Shown piece after piece: positions 1-11,253 of a stretch of DNA of 45,334 nt. The stretch lies in the NCBI RefSeq assembly GCF_001194135.2, contig NC_068981.1:167308592-167353925 (forward strand), written 5' to 3'. The stretch's first letter is position 1; the number at the start of each line of letters is the position of its first letter. The notes under the pieces were generated by a model. That model made no database searches. It was not told the origin of the DNA and worked only from the letters and a program-made list of their open reading frames with translations. The translations under genes and the position numbers were made by a program. The stretch is from Octopus bimaculoides. Taxonomy: Eukaryota.

Positions 1-59
1 GAAAAATTAGAATGTATAAGCATGTATACAATTAGAATGTATTTATATATATATATTCT

Positions 60-140
60 TCATTATGACATTTTTCATTTTTATTACATTTCATGTACTT
101 GTTTTCAAAAACTCAAGTTGAGGCACTAATTTTGGACCGC

Positions 141-146
<6 letters not shown>
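60..146. mobile_element. Probable terminal inverted repeat end of a Tc1/mariner-type DNA transposon; left boundary not determined
   Basis: Ends ...GAGGCACTAATTTTGGACCGCTCTG|TA (reverse complement TA|CAGAGCGGTCCAAAATTAGTGCC), abutting a (TA)n run. A CAG-starting TIR flanked by TA is typical of Tc1/mariner. The partner TIR is not in the window. Confidence 0.4.
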
Positions 147-194
<48 letters not shown>

Positions 195-483
195 GTATCT
201 TGCGAGTCGAGTGAATAGCTGGTAATTAACACACACTGAGGACTGGTAACCACTCGAGTCCGTGTGTGTCACGTTAGGCTAGAGATGGGAGTGATAGCCT
301 CTTCTCGCAAATACTAATCGGATACAGAATGTGTGTCGTTAGCCAGCTGGAAGAGATGTCTTCCTGGAGTTATAGACGTCAGTAGCACTGTCCCGTATAG
401 GACGCCACACTTGGTTGGCATTTATATGTTACGATTCCGTATTGCTACTGTTTATATCGCGCTCAGAGATTTAATATAGCGTA

Positions 484-532
<49 letters not shown>

Positions 533-1414
533 GGTGTCTAATAGGATGAAAAACGTTTGTGTATGAATCACATGGACACGAAATCGCTTTCCTGCAATCA
601 ACCATGTCCCAGTAAACAGTCCATTTAGTTACGTCAGCAGAAAGACTTGAATAGCGAAAGATTCGTATTTATCCAAATTAAATACACTTGCAACAATCAA
701 GGCCAAGAGATATTAAAATCTTGTGCAATTTTATAGATGTTCGACTCGCCTGTATTCTGCGGTAGTTAACCCAGTTTCTTAATGTATTTCGAGTAACCAT
801 ATATTCACAGCACCTAATATTGCTTCTGTAGTGATTGTCGATGTCCTTGAGTAAACGAGTTCTTCATATACATATATACATAAAAAAAAAAAATGTTAAT
901 ATTTTGCACCTCCTTTGGGTGTGTATTTATGTAAAAAATATGCATAGCTATGTTACAAAGATAGATATACAATAAACTTAGATAATTTATCATTAGAGTG
1001 AGGAGGATAACGAGTATGTTCCCGGTAAGTTTCATGTGTAGTGTTTAAGCCACCTATTTAACTCTAGTCACGATTTCTTGGAATAATTGATGAAAATGTA
1101 CGTAGTATATATAGATTCATCGGTAAACAGGATGCAATCGTAGTAATTGGACATGTAAGTCAGAGATGTAATGTAGAAATTTATGGATTCTTGTGTTTGT
1201 GGGAATATAAAACCTTTTAGTTTCTAGGAAAACACTTCTAGCAAGTATTCTGATTTGAATGTAAATCGAGGTGTTAAAAGAAACAAACGAATACAAGGTA
1301 ATTGCTACCTGGTTGTTGTATAACTAGTGAAAGGATAGCTGGTCACCGAATTCTCTTGGAGAGAAAGGGAAAGAAAGAAAGAGGGGAAAGATATATAGAG
1401 AGGTAATAAAACCA

Positions 1415-1660
1415 GGAAGGCGCATGGCCTAGTGGTTAGGGTGTTGCGCTCACGATCGTAAGTTCCTGGTTTTGATTCCTTGACCGGGGGNNNNNNNNNN
1501 TTGTACTCTCTCCCTCGAGTAAAACACTTCATTTCACATTGCTTCAATCCACTCAACTTTTAATGAGTAACCCTGGGACGGACTGGCGTTCTGTTCAGGG
1601 GAAATATCGTGATCTCAGTCACTTATGCATCATGCAAATAGGGTAAACGACCTTATGAGT
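1415..1660 (+). mobile_element. tRNA-headed CORE-type SINE (family B)
   Basis: A-box-like TGGCCTAGTGG and decayed B-box, then GAGTAAAACACTTCATTTCACATTGCTTCAATCCACTCAAC, which is shared with 4928-5176 and 34720-34840 and resembles the CORE domain. Contains a 10-N gap. Confidence 0.7.
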
Positions 1661-2882
1661 TCTAAGTTGATGAATGAACAATTAGGAGAAGCGTGGAACA
1701 GAAACGTCAAGATATTCTAAACTCTTATCTTTTGCGCGTCCCACATTATTTTGATAAATTTTTCAGCATGGGATGCATCTTTCTGTATCCACCTCTCCAT
1801 AATTAGATGATGAGTGGTGTATGCATATGTGCCTGTAAATGTATGTATAGTTTTGTGTGAGCGTGTGTATGTATATATGTTTGTGTGCGTACGCGTTCGT
1901 TTTGAAGAACTAATCTACATCAACTCAAATGTATATTGCGTCGTACATACAACAACGGAATTGTGAAGTAATAGAATTACAAAGAAGTATTTTCTGTTGG
2001 AAAAAGATGTCCAAAATAATATATTTAAAACTAACAAATGTCAGATCTCGTTTATTGATAAACTACTTGTGGAATCTGTGGGAATTCCATACTTTCTGAA
2101 AGTTCGCATTTCTACATGTTCATAACTTATTTTTACTATGTTACAGATTCCAACCAAACCTTCGATTTCTTTCCATAGTGGATCTTGTTTAAAGTATAAC
2201 GCTCGTACTTGCTTACCGTAGCCAAATATTCTTAAAAGCGTGACATCCGAACACATATCACGACAGTGAAGTTTAAAAATAATTTGAAGTGATCGCAAAA
2301 GTAAGGCATCTACTGAATTTTCAGAAACAAATTCTCTGGGACAGTTTCTCATCATCCACTAATTAAGGACACATAATTAGTGATATGCTCGAAAATTAGT
2401 GATAATTAGTGATATGCTCGAAAACTGAAGCATGTAACGTTACGTGCCTCACTCAGATATATATGAAAACATCTGTGGAAGAAGAAAAAGCAACTTGTAA
2501 TCAGCCACCTGCAGTACGAATCAATCAGAGCTTATCAATACAGTCGCTTGAACTCCTAATATATAACAACCAAATATCCTACAAATCGCACCCCACCGTC
2601 TCAGAAATGGGAAGGAGATATTAAGTAACAGATTCATAGATAAACCATCCAGGAAGATTAAGACGACGTTGTCAGTGTAAGAAAGCTTTCGATTACAAAT
2701 CTGGTTAATCAGAACTGACCTGGAAATAAATATAGTACAGTACAACCAGCCGTTATTCACGAGCGAGAATGACTTCGTAATATGTAACGTGTTTTTTCCG
2801 AATTGTTTCAGATACATATGTAGTCACCCTGTTTCTCTTGACCCAGCAGAACGTCCAAGAATGAGAAAGGGAAAGAGAGAGC

Positions 2883-2884
<2 letters not shown>

Positions 2885-2962
<78 letters not shown>
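2885..2962. repeat. (GA)n microsatellite
   Basis: Directly visible. Confidence 0.98.
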
Positions 2963-2964
2963 AC

Positions 2965-3105
2965 TGCACCCAGCTAGTACTCATTACAGCTGAGAAGACT
3001 GGAGCAAAGTCTACTCAAGGTCAAAACTTTTCACCTGGTTTAGGAATTGAACCTACGGTTTTATGATCATGAGCTGAACCCTCTAAGAATCCAGTCATGC
3101 AGTTT
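2965..3105 (-). mobile_element. Degenerate family B SINE
   Basis: TACTCATTACAGCTGAGAAGACTGGAGCAA...TACTCAAG and GGAATTGAACC are reverse complements of the family B central domain and B-box. Confidence 0.5.
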
Positions 3106-4733
3106 CACTGATCCGGGAATAAAAAAACCCAGAAACATGAGATTACATTTCGACCGACATTAACATTTTGTAAGAATACCGACTAATATCTGCATCACAA
3201 AAGCTTGTGGATCAATATCTGTAGTATATTCGATTGGAGTTACTAAGACTGATTCCCGAATTACATTAACTCACGAATTAATTACTGATTAAAAAGTATT
3301 TCTATGTTTGCAACTATAAGATAATAGTAGAACTGGATTAAGTGGTTACAATCTTCATTGTCTGAAGCTTTAAAGAGAATCCATCTGATACAAATTTACT
3401 TTTACAGCGGTTAGAAGCTAAATAGTCTTATAATATTTTTTAATACTAATTAGCAATGTCTCCCGGCGTTGCCCGGATGTTATGACCAAAAAGCACATTG
3501 TATTATTTGCTCCTTTCTTATAGGCAGAATCGGCACAGCTGATATATGGTTAATGGAATAATGAAGTTATTTTCTGTTTAATAGTGAAGGATGGGTTTGC
3601 ATGAATGTGCTTTCTGTTCTTAAGAATGATCAGAAACTATGTATTGGTTCATCGTATAAAAGCGGGTTAATACGATTTTGTCCAGAAATCACGTTTTCAA
3701 AATTTTAATTTTCCTCTATCCTCACCGCAATTTCTTAATTTGTAACTTTTTTCAATTTTGTTTTATCTACATAGAAATATACAGAGATTACAAATGTGGG
3801 AAATATATATATATATATTTTTTATAGCTAAATTTTTCTTAAAGAAACGCTCAATGCCCCTTCCCCTGCCTCGCTCACCCATCACATCTACCAGCTTTCA
3901 GAAAGCTAAAATCTCCCAATCTTTCACTTTTGTCTGATGTTTCCCGCATGCGTAGAATTCAACTGAAATAGTAGACTTAAAAAATATCAGACCACCACTT
4001 GCTAGAAGCAACAGGTAAACGACATTATTTCTGAAGAAACTTCCCTGCTTTCCAAAAAGCTAAAAGTAAACATTGGAAGTGTGTAGCTTTCTGAAAGTGA
4101 TGAGGTGATGGGTAAAATTCTCAAAGATTCGTACTCTCTGCTTTTTCTCCATGGATCACCAATAATAAAAATTGAAAGAAGTAAAAAATTAATTTGGTGT
4201 GGAGAGGGAAACATTAAAATATTGAGAACGTGTTTTGTGAATGAAATCCTAATCTCCTGTATTGCAAACATAGGAATCGGAAGAATGTAGAAAAAAAATA
4301 AGGAGAGGGGGCGGAAATGTCATCCCGGACATGCTAGAAAGAAGAGGTAAAGGTCAAGATTTCTGGGAAAATTTCCTTTTAAGTTAACATCAAAGATCAG
4401 GTTTTTAAATACGCTCATCACAAACACAAGTTACACAATAGAAAAAGATCATTTCAATTGGGTTTGAGCTGTCAATTTGCACGTGCATACTGCAAGAACT
4501 AATATAATTCGCACAGAAGTTTTATCTAGAGTGTGTGTAAGCTTGTGTGTGTGTCAACGGAAGTTATTTTATGGCATTCTTTCATTTGAAGAAGCAAAGT
4601 TGTCAACTCGAAATATATGGGATCAGATGATTGTTCGTTAATTTCTGTAAAATTGTTTTCATTTCTGTATGCTTTGCAGAAAGAAGAAATTGAGGGAGAG
4701 GATAAAGTGAAAAGGCAACAATTGCTTTGAAGT

Positions 4734-4797
4734 GAGAGGAGAAAGTAAAAGAGAGGAGAAAGTAAAAGAGAGGAGAAAGTAAAAGAGAGGAGAAAGT
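4734..4797. repeat. 17-bp minisatellite GAGAGGAGAAAGTAAAA, about 3.8 copies
   Basis: Three exact units plus a 13-nt partial unit. Confidence 0.95.
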
Positions 4798-4927
4798 GTA
4801 AGATGTACGTGTATATGAAATGGACGTGTGTGTGTGCGAGAGAGATAGAGAAAGAGTGAGTGTGTGAGTGAGTGAAGGTGTGTGTGTTGTGATGTATGAA
4901 ATTCTTTGCATGTATGTGCAAGTGGGT

Positions 4928-5176
4928 GGAGGCGCGTGGCTTAGTGGTTAAGGTGTCAGCATCATGATCGTAAGATTGTGGTTTCGATTCCTGGACCGGG
5001 CGACGCGTTGTGTTCTTGAGTAAAACACTTCATTTCACGTTGCTCCAGTCCACTCAGCTGGCAAAAATGAGTAACGCTGTGATAGACTGGCTGGGGAATA
5101 CATACGCCATTGAAACCGGGAAACTGGGCCCATGAGCCTGGCTAGGCTTTAAAAGGGCGCATTTATTATTTTTTTT
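4928..5176 (+). mobile_element. tRNA-headed CORE-type SINE (family B), near full length
   Basis: A-box TGGCTTAGTGG, B-box-like GTTTCGATTCC, central TTGTGTTCTTGAGTAAAACACTTCATTTCACGTTGCTCCAGTCCACTCAGCTG, and an (ATT)/T tail. Confidence 0.8.
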
Positions 5177-5818
5177 ATGTACAAGTGGCACTCATTTTTT
5201 CTCTCTCTCTCTCTCTCNNNNNNNNNNNNNNNNNNNNNNNNNNNNNNNNNNNNNNNNNNNNNNNNNNNNNNNNNNNNNNNNNNNNNNNNNNNNNNNNNNN
5301 NNNNNNNNNNNNNNNNNNNNNNNNNNNNNNNNTATGTATACATCTTTTCTGTGCGTGAGAGAGAGAGAGAGAGAGAGGCTGTATTTCCTCATAACATATA
5401 GAAAAATAGATGTTTTTTAATGCAATTTTTGGGGTTGTGGTCTATTTTAATACAATATTTATGTGTACATTTTCATAAATGTTTGTCTGAGTAGAATTCT
5501 ATGCATGTGTAAAACATCGGACGAAAGTGATACATTAGAAGCAAATCAAAATATTGTCCGAAAATGAACTCAAAATTGTGCGACCCAACCTACTTGCCGA
5601 GGTTATTTTAGTTGTAAAAAAGAGCTGTTGAGTCAAAAAAATAGTTTATTTGCCAGATAGATAATAAGCAGCTTTTTTTTTTATTATAGTACACATGTGA
5701 CTAATTCGGATAAACACTACTTTCATAATTCACTCATCGTCACTCTCGTAATGCAACACTTTGTAATTTTGATTCAAATTGAAAGTGCGAAACTATTTTC
5801 ATTTTCTAATGAAATCTG

Positions 5819-5915
5819 GTTATTATTATTATTATTATTATTCAGGTCACTGTCTGGAATCGAACTCGGAATCTTGGGGTTAGTAGCCCGCGCTCTTAAC
5901 CACTACGCCATTACG
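5819..5915 (-). mobile_element. tRNA-derived Pol III head followed by (AAT)n, directly downstream of a Penelope-like ORF end
   Basis: Minus strand: A-box TGGCGTAGTGG (5910-5900), GGG-CTACTAA-CCC anticodon-like arm, B-box GTTCGATTCC (5865-5856), then AGACAGTGACCTG and (AAT)8. The T-stem does not pair, so this is not a functional tRNA. Confidence 0.8.
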
Positions 5916-5939
5916 TGGGCAATTATAGAGTGAATTTTA

Positions 5940-6101
5940 GGGTTTATAATCTAATATTCTCCTATCCTTCCTTAATACCGGTTCCTATATGCTGTTCATA
6001 TCTGCACTCGGTCTGCTTAGGAGGTTGTTGTATCCTAGCGTATATGTTGCTTCTTTTAGTTTTCGTATTTTCCAGTGGTGTTCTCTGTCTGTTATTTTAA
6101 C
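5940..6101 (-). pseudogene. C-terminal end of a Penelope-like element ORF (GIY-YIG endonuclease region), 5'-truncated
   Basis: Translates as VKITDREHHWKIRKLKEATYTLGYNNLLSRPSADMNSI*EPVLRKDRR. This resembles the PLE C-terminal pattern (I)LDRExxWxxRKxKEAxxI...N.L...IWxPxL, with TAG at the expected Trp. Recognised from memory, not by search. Confidence 0.7.
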
Positions 6102-6119
6102 TTCGATTCCAGACAGAGA

Positions 6120-6170
<51 letters not shown>
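6102..6170 (+). repeat. Inverted partial copy of the 5819-5864 segment (B-box half plus (AAT)n)
   Basis: TTCGATTCCAGACAGAGACCTGAATAAT... is the reverse complement of 5819-5864 with one mismatch and a longer (AAT) run. Confidence 0.92.
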
Positions 6171-6172
<2 letters not shown>

Positions 6173-7069
6173 GAGTCAAAATTTAAAGAAGAGTGCCATT
6201 TGCTATCTCGTGAACAATATTTCGACATCTTGCGTGTCTTCCACTGGTTCAAAAAATAAATTTGTCAATCTACTTCATTTTCGTTTATATAGAAAGGATT
6301 GAGGTAACTCCTCCTGAAGATATAGAGTCAAAATNNNNNNNNNNNNNNNNNNNNNNNNNNNNNNNNNNNNNNNNNNNNNNNNNNNNNNNNNNNNNNNNNN
6401 NNNNNNNNNNNNNNNNNNNNNNNNNNNNNNNNNNNNNNNNNNNNNNNNNNNNNNNNNNNNNNNNNNNNNNNNNNNNNNNNNNNNNNNNNNNNNNNNNNNN
6501 NNNNNNNNNNNNNNNNNNNNNNNNNNNNNNNNNNNNNNNNNNNNNNNNNNNNNNNNNNNNNNNNNNNNNNNNNNNNNNNNNNNNNNNNNNNNNNNNNNNN
6601 NNNNNNNNNNNNNNNNNNNNNNNNNNNNNNNNNNNNNNNNNNNNNNNNNNNNNNNNNNNNNNNNNNNNNNNNNNNNNNNNNNNNNNNNNNNNNNNNNNNN
6701 NNNNNNNNNNNNNNNNNNNNNNNNNNNNNNNNNNNNNNNNNNNNNNNNNNNNNNNNNNNNNNNNNNNNNNNNNNNNNNNNNNNNNNNNNNNNNNNNNNNN
6801 NNNNNNNNNNNNNNNNNNNNNNNNNNNNNNNNNNNNNNNNNNNNNNNNNNNNNNNNNNNNNNNNNNNNNNNNNNNNNNNNNNNNNNNNNNNNNNNNNNNN
6901 NNNNNNNNNNNNNNNNNNNNNNNNNNNNNNNNNNNNNNNNNNNNNNNNNNNNNNNNNNNNNNNNNNNNNNNNNNNNNNNNNNNNNNNNNNNNNNNNNNNN
7001 NNNNNTAATAGTGATAACAACATCGAAAAATACCTTAGGAAGGAGAACCCAGGTTCGAAATTTCCCCAA

Positions 7070-7115
7070 GACACCTGATGAAAGCTGGAGGGTATATCAA
7101 CCGAAATGTTGTGTT
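7070..7115 (+). ncRNA. Degenerate type I minimal hammerhead ribozyme-like motif of the Penelope LTR kind
   Basis: GACAC (7070-74) CTGATGA (7075-81) AAGCTG-GAGGGTATAT-CAACC GAAA (7103-06) TG T T GTGTT (7111-15). Both core boxes are present and stem I pairs. Stem II pairs only 3 of 5, and the stem III stub is ATGT instead of palindromic ACGT. Confidence 0.5.
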
Positions 7116-7174
7116 AACAGCAAACAAGATGAGGACAAATATCTGTCAAATGTAAATAAAGTAAATAATATACA

Positions 7175-7524
7175 TGTTGATGTTTTTGAAATTACAATGA
7201 AGGAAACTGGTTCTTTCTCTATTGGCAAAGAATCTTGAAATATAACTGAATAACGACATACATATACATACACATACATACAAGCACACACACACACACA
7301 TATACATACATACATACATACATAGAATATATGAACATGTCTAGACAGGAAACTATTTGTATGAGAATACATACATTAAACAAAACGTACAAATCTGCAC
7401 ACATACATACATACATACATACATACAAAAATACCCTGCTGATGTTGAAATTCCAATGAAGGAGTCTTGGATCTAAGTTAGATCCATTAGCAAGAAATTT
7501 TGAAATAAAGCTGAATAATGACAT
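7175..7524 (+). mobile_element. Two tandem 3'-UTR fragments of the R4-clade LINE seen at 37610-38400
   Basis: 7175-7260 and about 7325-7524 align to 38100-38400 (e.g. GGTTCTTTCTCTATTGGCAA, GAAATTCCAATGAAGGAG, terminal CTGAATAATGACATA). They are separated by a (TACA)/(CA) tract. Confidence 0.85.
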
Positions 7525-7699
7525 AATACTTTTCTTCAACCCCTTTAATTCTCCATTTCATTCGTATTCTGTGTAAGTCGGACCTTTTTGTATATATACA
7601 TTTTTTGTATTCCATGTATTTAATATACGTTATATATTGATCTAACTTGCTTATTCCTACATTTACTTCTATATGTATACATGTATGTATGTACCTGTG

Positions 7700-7870
7700 A
7701 GTGTGTCTTCTTTTTGTATTGTCTTTATCCCCATCATCACTTGACAAAGCAGTGTTCTTTGTTTATGTCCTCGTAACTTAGCGGTTCGGCAAAAAGGACC
7801 GATACAAATAAGTACTGGAAACGAGGCGTTGCCCCAGTATGCCGGTAGTCCTGTGACTGAAACAGATAAA
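7700..7870 (+). mobile_element. 3' half of SINE family D
   Basis: CGTAACTTAGCGGTTCGGCAAAAAGGACCGATACAAATAAGTACT...TGACTGAAACAG matches the reverse complement of 9621-9790. Confidence 0.7.
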
Positions 7871-9130
7871 ATAATATGAACTCTTTTCGACATTTCTATA
7901 CACACATGCAATAAATACATATGTTTATATGATAATATCAAGCCGTATCCATTTCGCTTGGCAATTAAAAATATTTTTAACTTCACAGGTACACTAATTG
8001 ATATTAGCAGTAGAAAACCAGGAAAAAAAAATCATTAATAGGACGTTTCTTGAAATGTTTTAAATAAAAACTGAATCTTAAAACAAAAAAATTGGAAAAC
8101 AAAAATGCATTTCCCCAAAAAAGCAGTGTCTACATTTTTTAATGTTGTATACAGCGTTATTGCTTTCATTAACATTTCTTGAAAACATAGCCAAATCTAA
8201 AATTGCATTCTAATTTATTTGTAAAATCTATTAAGAAATCCAAGGAAATCGCCATCTTCACTGACATATATATATTTTCAATTTGTTTTTATTTTGAAAT
8301 AAAAACAATTATTTGTGCTGAAAGTATTTTCATTACAATTTATTGATTCCATGCAGATATTCTGATAATATCTGGGCATAAATAATTAATTCTAATACCG
8401 TTTCAATTATTTATGCCTATGTAGCTATACATTTCTGGAACATAATTTTATAAATATTTCTCATAAATTCATAAATTCAACATCTATTTTTAGGTAACAA
8501 CGAATCATAATGAAAACCGAGAAGATATACAATACAGAGATAACACATTCCATGTGAAGCATAGCGAAGCATTAGCAGCGAAGATAAAGAGAGAGACAAA
8601 AAAATAAAACTCCAACATTAGTTTGTCTAAAATATAGCCAAAATAAAACGTTAATTAAAAAACAAAAACAAAAAAAGGCCAAAAGAAAAGTAGAAAATAG
8701 AGCCATTATGCTATAAAACAATAATGATTAGTTGTATGTTGTTTATTGGCGTTGGAAATTGACCATAAATACGTGAACCTATGTCAGCAAACGGCTATTC
8801 TTGTAGTTATCAATAAAACATCTCTCTTGCTACAGCTGAGCTGTTTGTTATTTCGCATTATCAAGTTATTGGTTCCCTGCAAAAGTCAGCAACAAAAAAT
8901 GCAGCCAGCCAATAAACTGACAAACTAGGCGTATGTGTGCGTGCGTGCGTGTGTGTGTACGTGTGTGTGTGTGTGTGTGTGTGTGTGTTGACATGTTAAG
9001 AATTTAGAAACTTCGAGACGAACGTAAATAATTCTTTTTTTGGAGCATTAAATCTCGAAGCATATAATATAATATAATATTATACAATATAATATGATGT
9101 TATATAATATAATATCATATAATATAATAT

Positions 9131-9308
9131 AAGGCGGTGAGCTGGCAGAATCGTTAGCACGCCAGACAAAATGCTTAGCGGCATTTTCTCCGTCTTTATG
9201 TTCTGGATTCAAATTCCACCGTGGTTGACTTTTTCTTTCGGGGGTCAATGAAATAAGTACCAGTTGAGTACTGGGGTCGATGTATTCGACTTCCCTGTCC
9301 CTTAAAAT
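9131..9308 (+). mobile_element. tRNA-headed SINE (family A) with an internal deletion
   Basis: AAGGCGGTGAGCTGGCAGAATCGTTAGCACG...TTCAAATTCC...AAGTACCAGTTGAGTACTGGGGTCGATGTA is colinear with 16302-16532. It follows an (ATATA)n tract. Confidence 0.8.
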
Positions 9309-9620
9309 TAAAGAATCATGGGAATACTGCGATAACTGATAAAATCACTAAAACCTCATTAGGCAAACTGTTACTCGGACATGCAAATATGACGTTTTGT
9401 CGTTGATTGCTCATGCATTTACACTAGAAAACCATTGTAACTCATTATAATACAGTACACGAAATAAAATTAGGTAGAAAACAATGACTTGACAGCACAA
9501 CCGTTTTATATGGTATTCCATATAAAGCAAAGGAAGTGTTAGTAACAGCAAAATCTAAAAAAAAAAATCAATACACAATTATATCATAAGTTATATAATC
9601 ATGAACTTTTATATTTTTGT

Positions 9621-10082
<462 letters not shown>

Positions 10083-10114
10083 CACATATTTGTAATTATT
10101 TTTATATCTGGTGT

Positions 10115-10145
<31 letters not shown>

Positions 10146-10279
10146 ATATGTATATACATATATACACATATATATAAATATGTGTGCGTGTGTGTGTATA
10201 CATGTATATATGTTTGTGTATATATATATATGTATGTATGAGTGTATATATATGTATATATATATATATGTATGTATGA

Positions 10280-10333
<54 letters not shown>

Positions 10334-10998
10334 NNNNNNNNNNNNNNNNNNNNNNNNNNNNNNNNNNNNNNNNNNNNNNNNNNNNNNNNNNNNNNNNNNN
10401 NNNNNNNNNNNNNNNNNNNNNNNNNNNNNNNNNNNNNNNNNNNNNNNNNNNNNNNNNNNNNNNNNNNNNNNNNNNNNNNNNNNNNNNNNNNNNNNNNNNN
10501 NNNNNNNNNNNNNNNNNNNNNNNNNNNNNNNNNNNNNNNNNNNNNNNNNNNNNNNNNNNNNNNNNNNNNNNNNNNNNNNNNNNNNNNNNNNNNNNNNNNN
10601 NNNNNNNNNNNNNNNNNNNNNNNNNNNNNNNNNNNNNNNNNNNNNNNNNNNNNNNNNNNNNNNNNNNNNNNNNNNNNNNNNNNNNNNNNNNNNNNNNNNN
10701 NNNNNNNNNNNNNNNNNNNNNNNNNNNNNNNNNNNNNNNNNNNNNNNNNNNNNNNNNNNNNNNNNNNNNNNNNNNNNNNNNNNNNNNNNNNNNNNNNNNN
10801 NNNNNNNNNNNNNNNNNNNNNNNNNNNNNNNNNNNNNNNNNNNNNNNNNNNNNNNNNNNNNNNNNNNNNNNNNNNNNNNNNNNNNNNNNNNNNNNNNNNN
10901 NNNNNNNNNNNNNNNNNNNNNNNNNNNNNNNNNNNNNNNNNNNNNNNNNNNNNNNNNNNNNNNNNNNNNNNNNNNNNNNNNNNNNNNNNATAAAAAAC

Positions 10999-11253
10999 AT
11001 TTCAGTACCGGTTTCAGTCATTGACACTTTTTCAACTGCAAGTATAGAAAACAATTAAATTTTGGAAAAATTAAAAGAAAATTTTTTTTTAAAAGAATAT
11101 TTGCATAGTGTTCAAATAAGGAAAATGCCACTTGTATTTGAACACTATGCAAATATTCTTTTAAAAAGACTTTTCTTTTAATTTTTCCAAAATTTAATTG
11201 TTTTCTATACTTACAGTTGAAAAAGTCTCAATGACTGAAACCAGTACTGAAAT
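10999..11253. repeat. Long inverted repeat, arms about 122 bp, 10-nt loop
   Basis: 10999-11120 pairs with 11131-11253 with a few mismatches and indels; loop GAAAATGCCA. Confidence 0.92.

Larger units (their letters stand above)
3450..5410 (-). mobile_element. Probable non-autonomous Helitron, about 2 kb, with a nested SINE and microsatellites
   Basis: Minus strand begins A|TCTATTTTTCTATATG at 5410. It ends with a GC-rich hairpin CCGGGCAACGCCGG (3463-3476), 9 nt, then CTAA|T at 3450. This matches the TC start, subterminal hairpin, CTRR end and A|T insertion site of Helitrons. Pairing of the two ends is inferred. Confidence 0.45.

Noticed and set aside
2041-2355. TIR-domain-like reading (REFV...ENSVDA...S..IIF)
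   Set aside because: Only a few scattered identities, and an RT-relic reading fits equally poorly; it cannot be supported without a search.
2521-2817. Class A GPCR-like reading (WGAIC...ISSD*F as a DRF motif)
   Set aside because: Spacing is wrong: 20 residues from Cys to Arg instead of 25, and the W-to-C and D-to-P distances also fail.
5843-5915. Functional tRNA gene
   Set aside because: The T-stem and acceptor stem do not pair; it is a repeat-associated tRNA-derived head.
6170-6334. 13-bp direct repeat ATAGAGTCAAAAT (6170-6182, 6322-6334) as a TSD
   Set aside because: The second copy abuts a gap, so it cannot be told apart from an assembly overlap.
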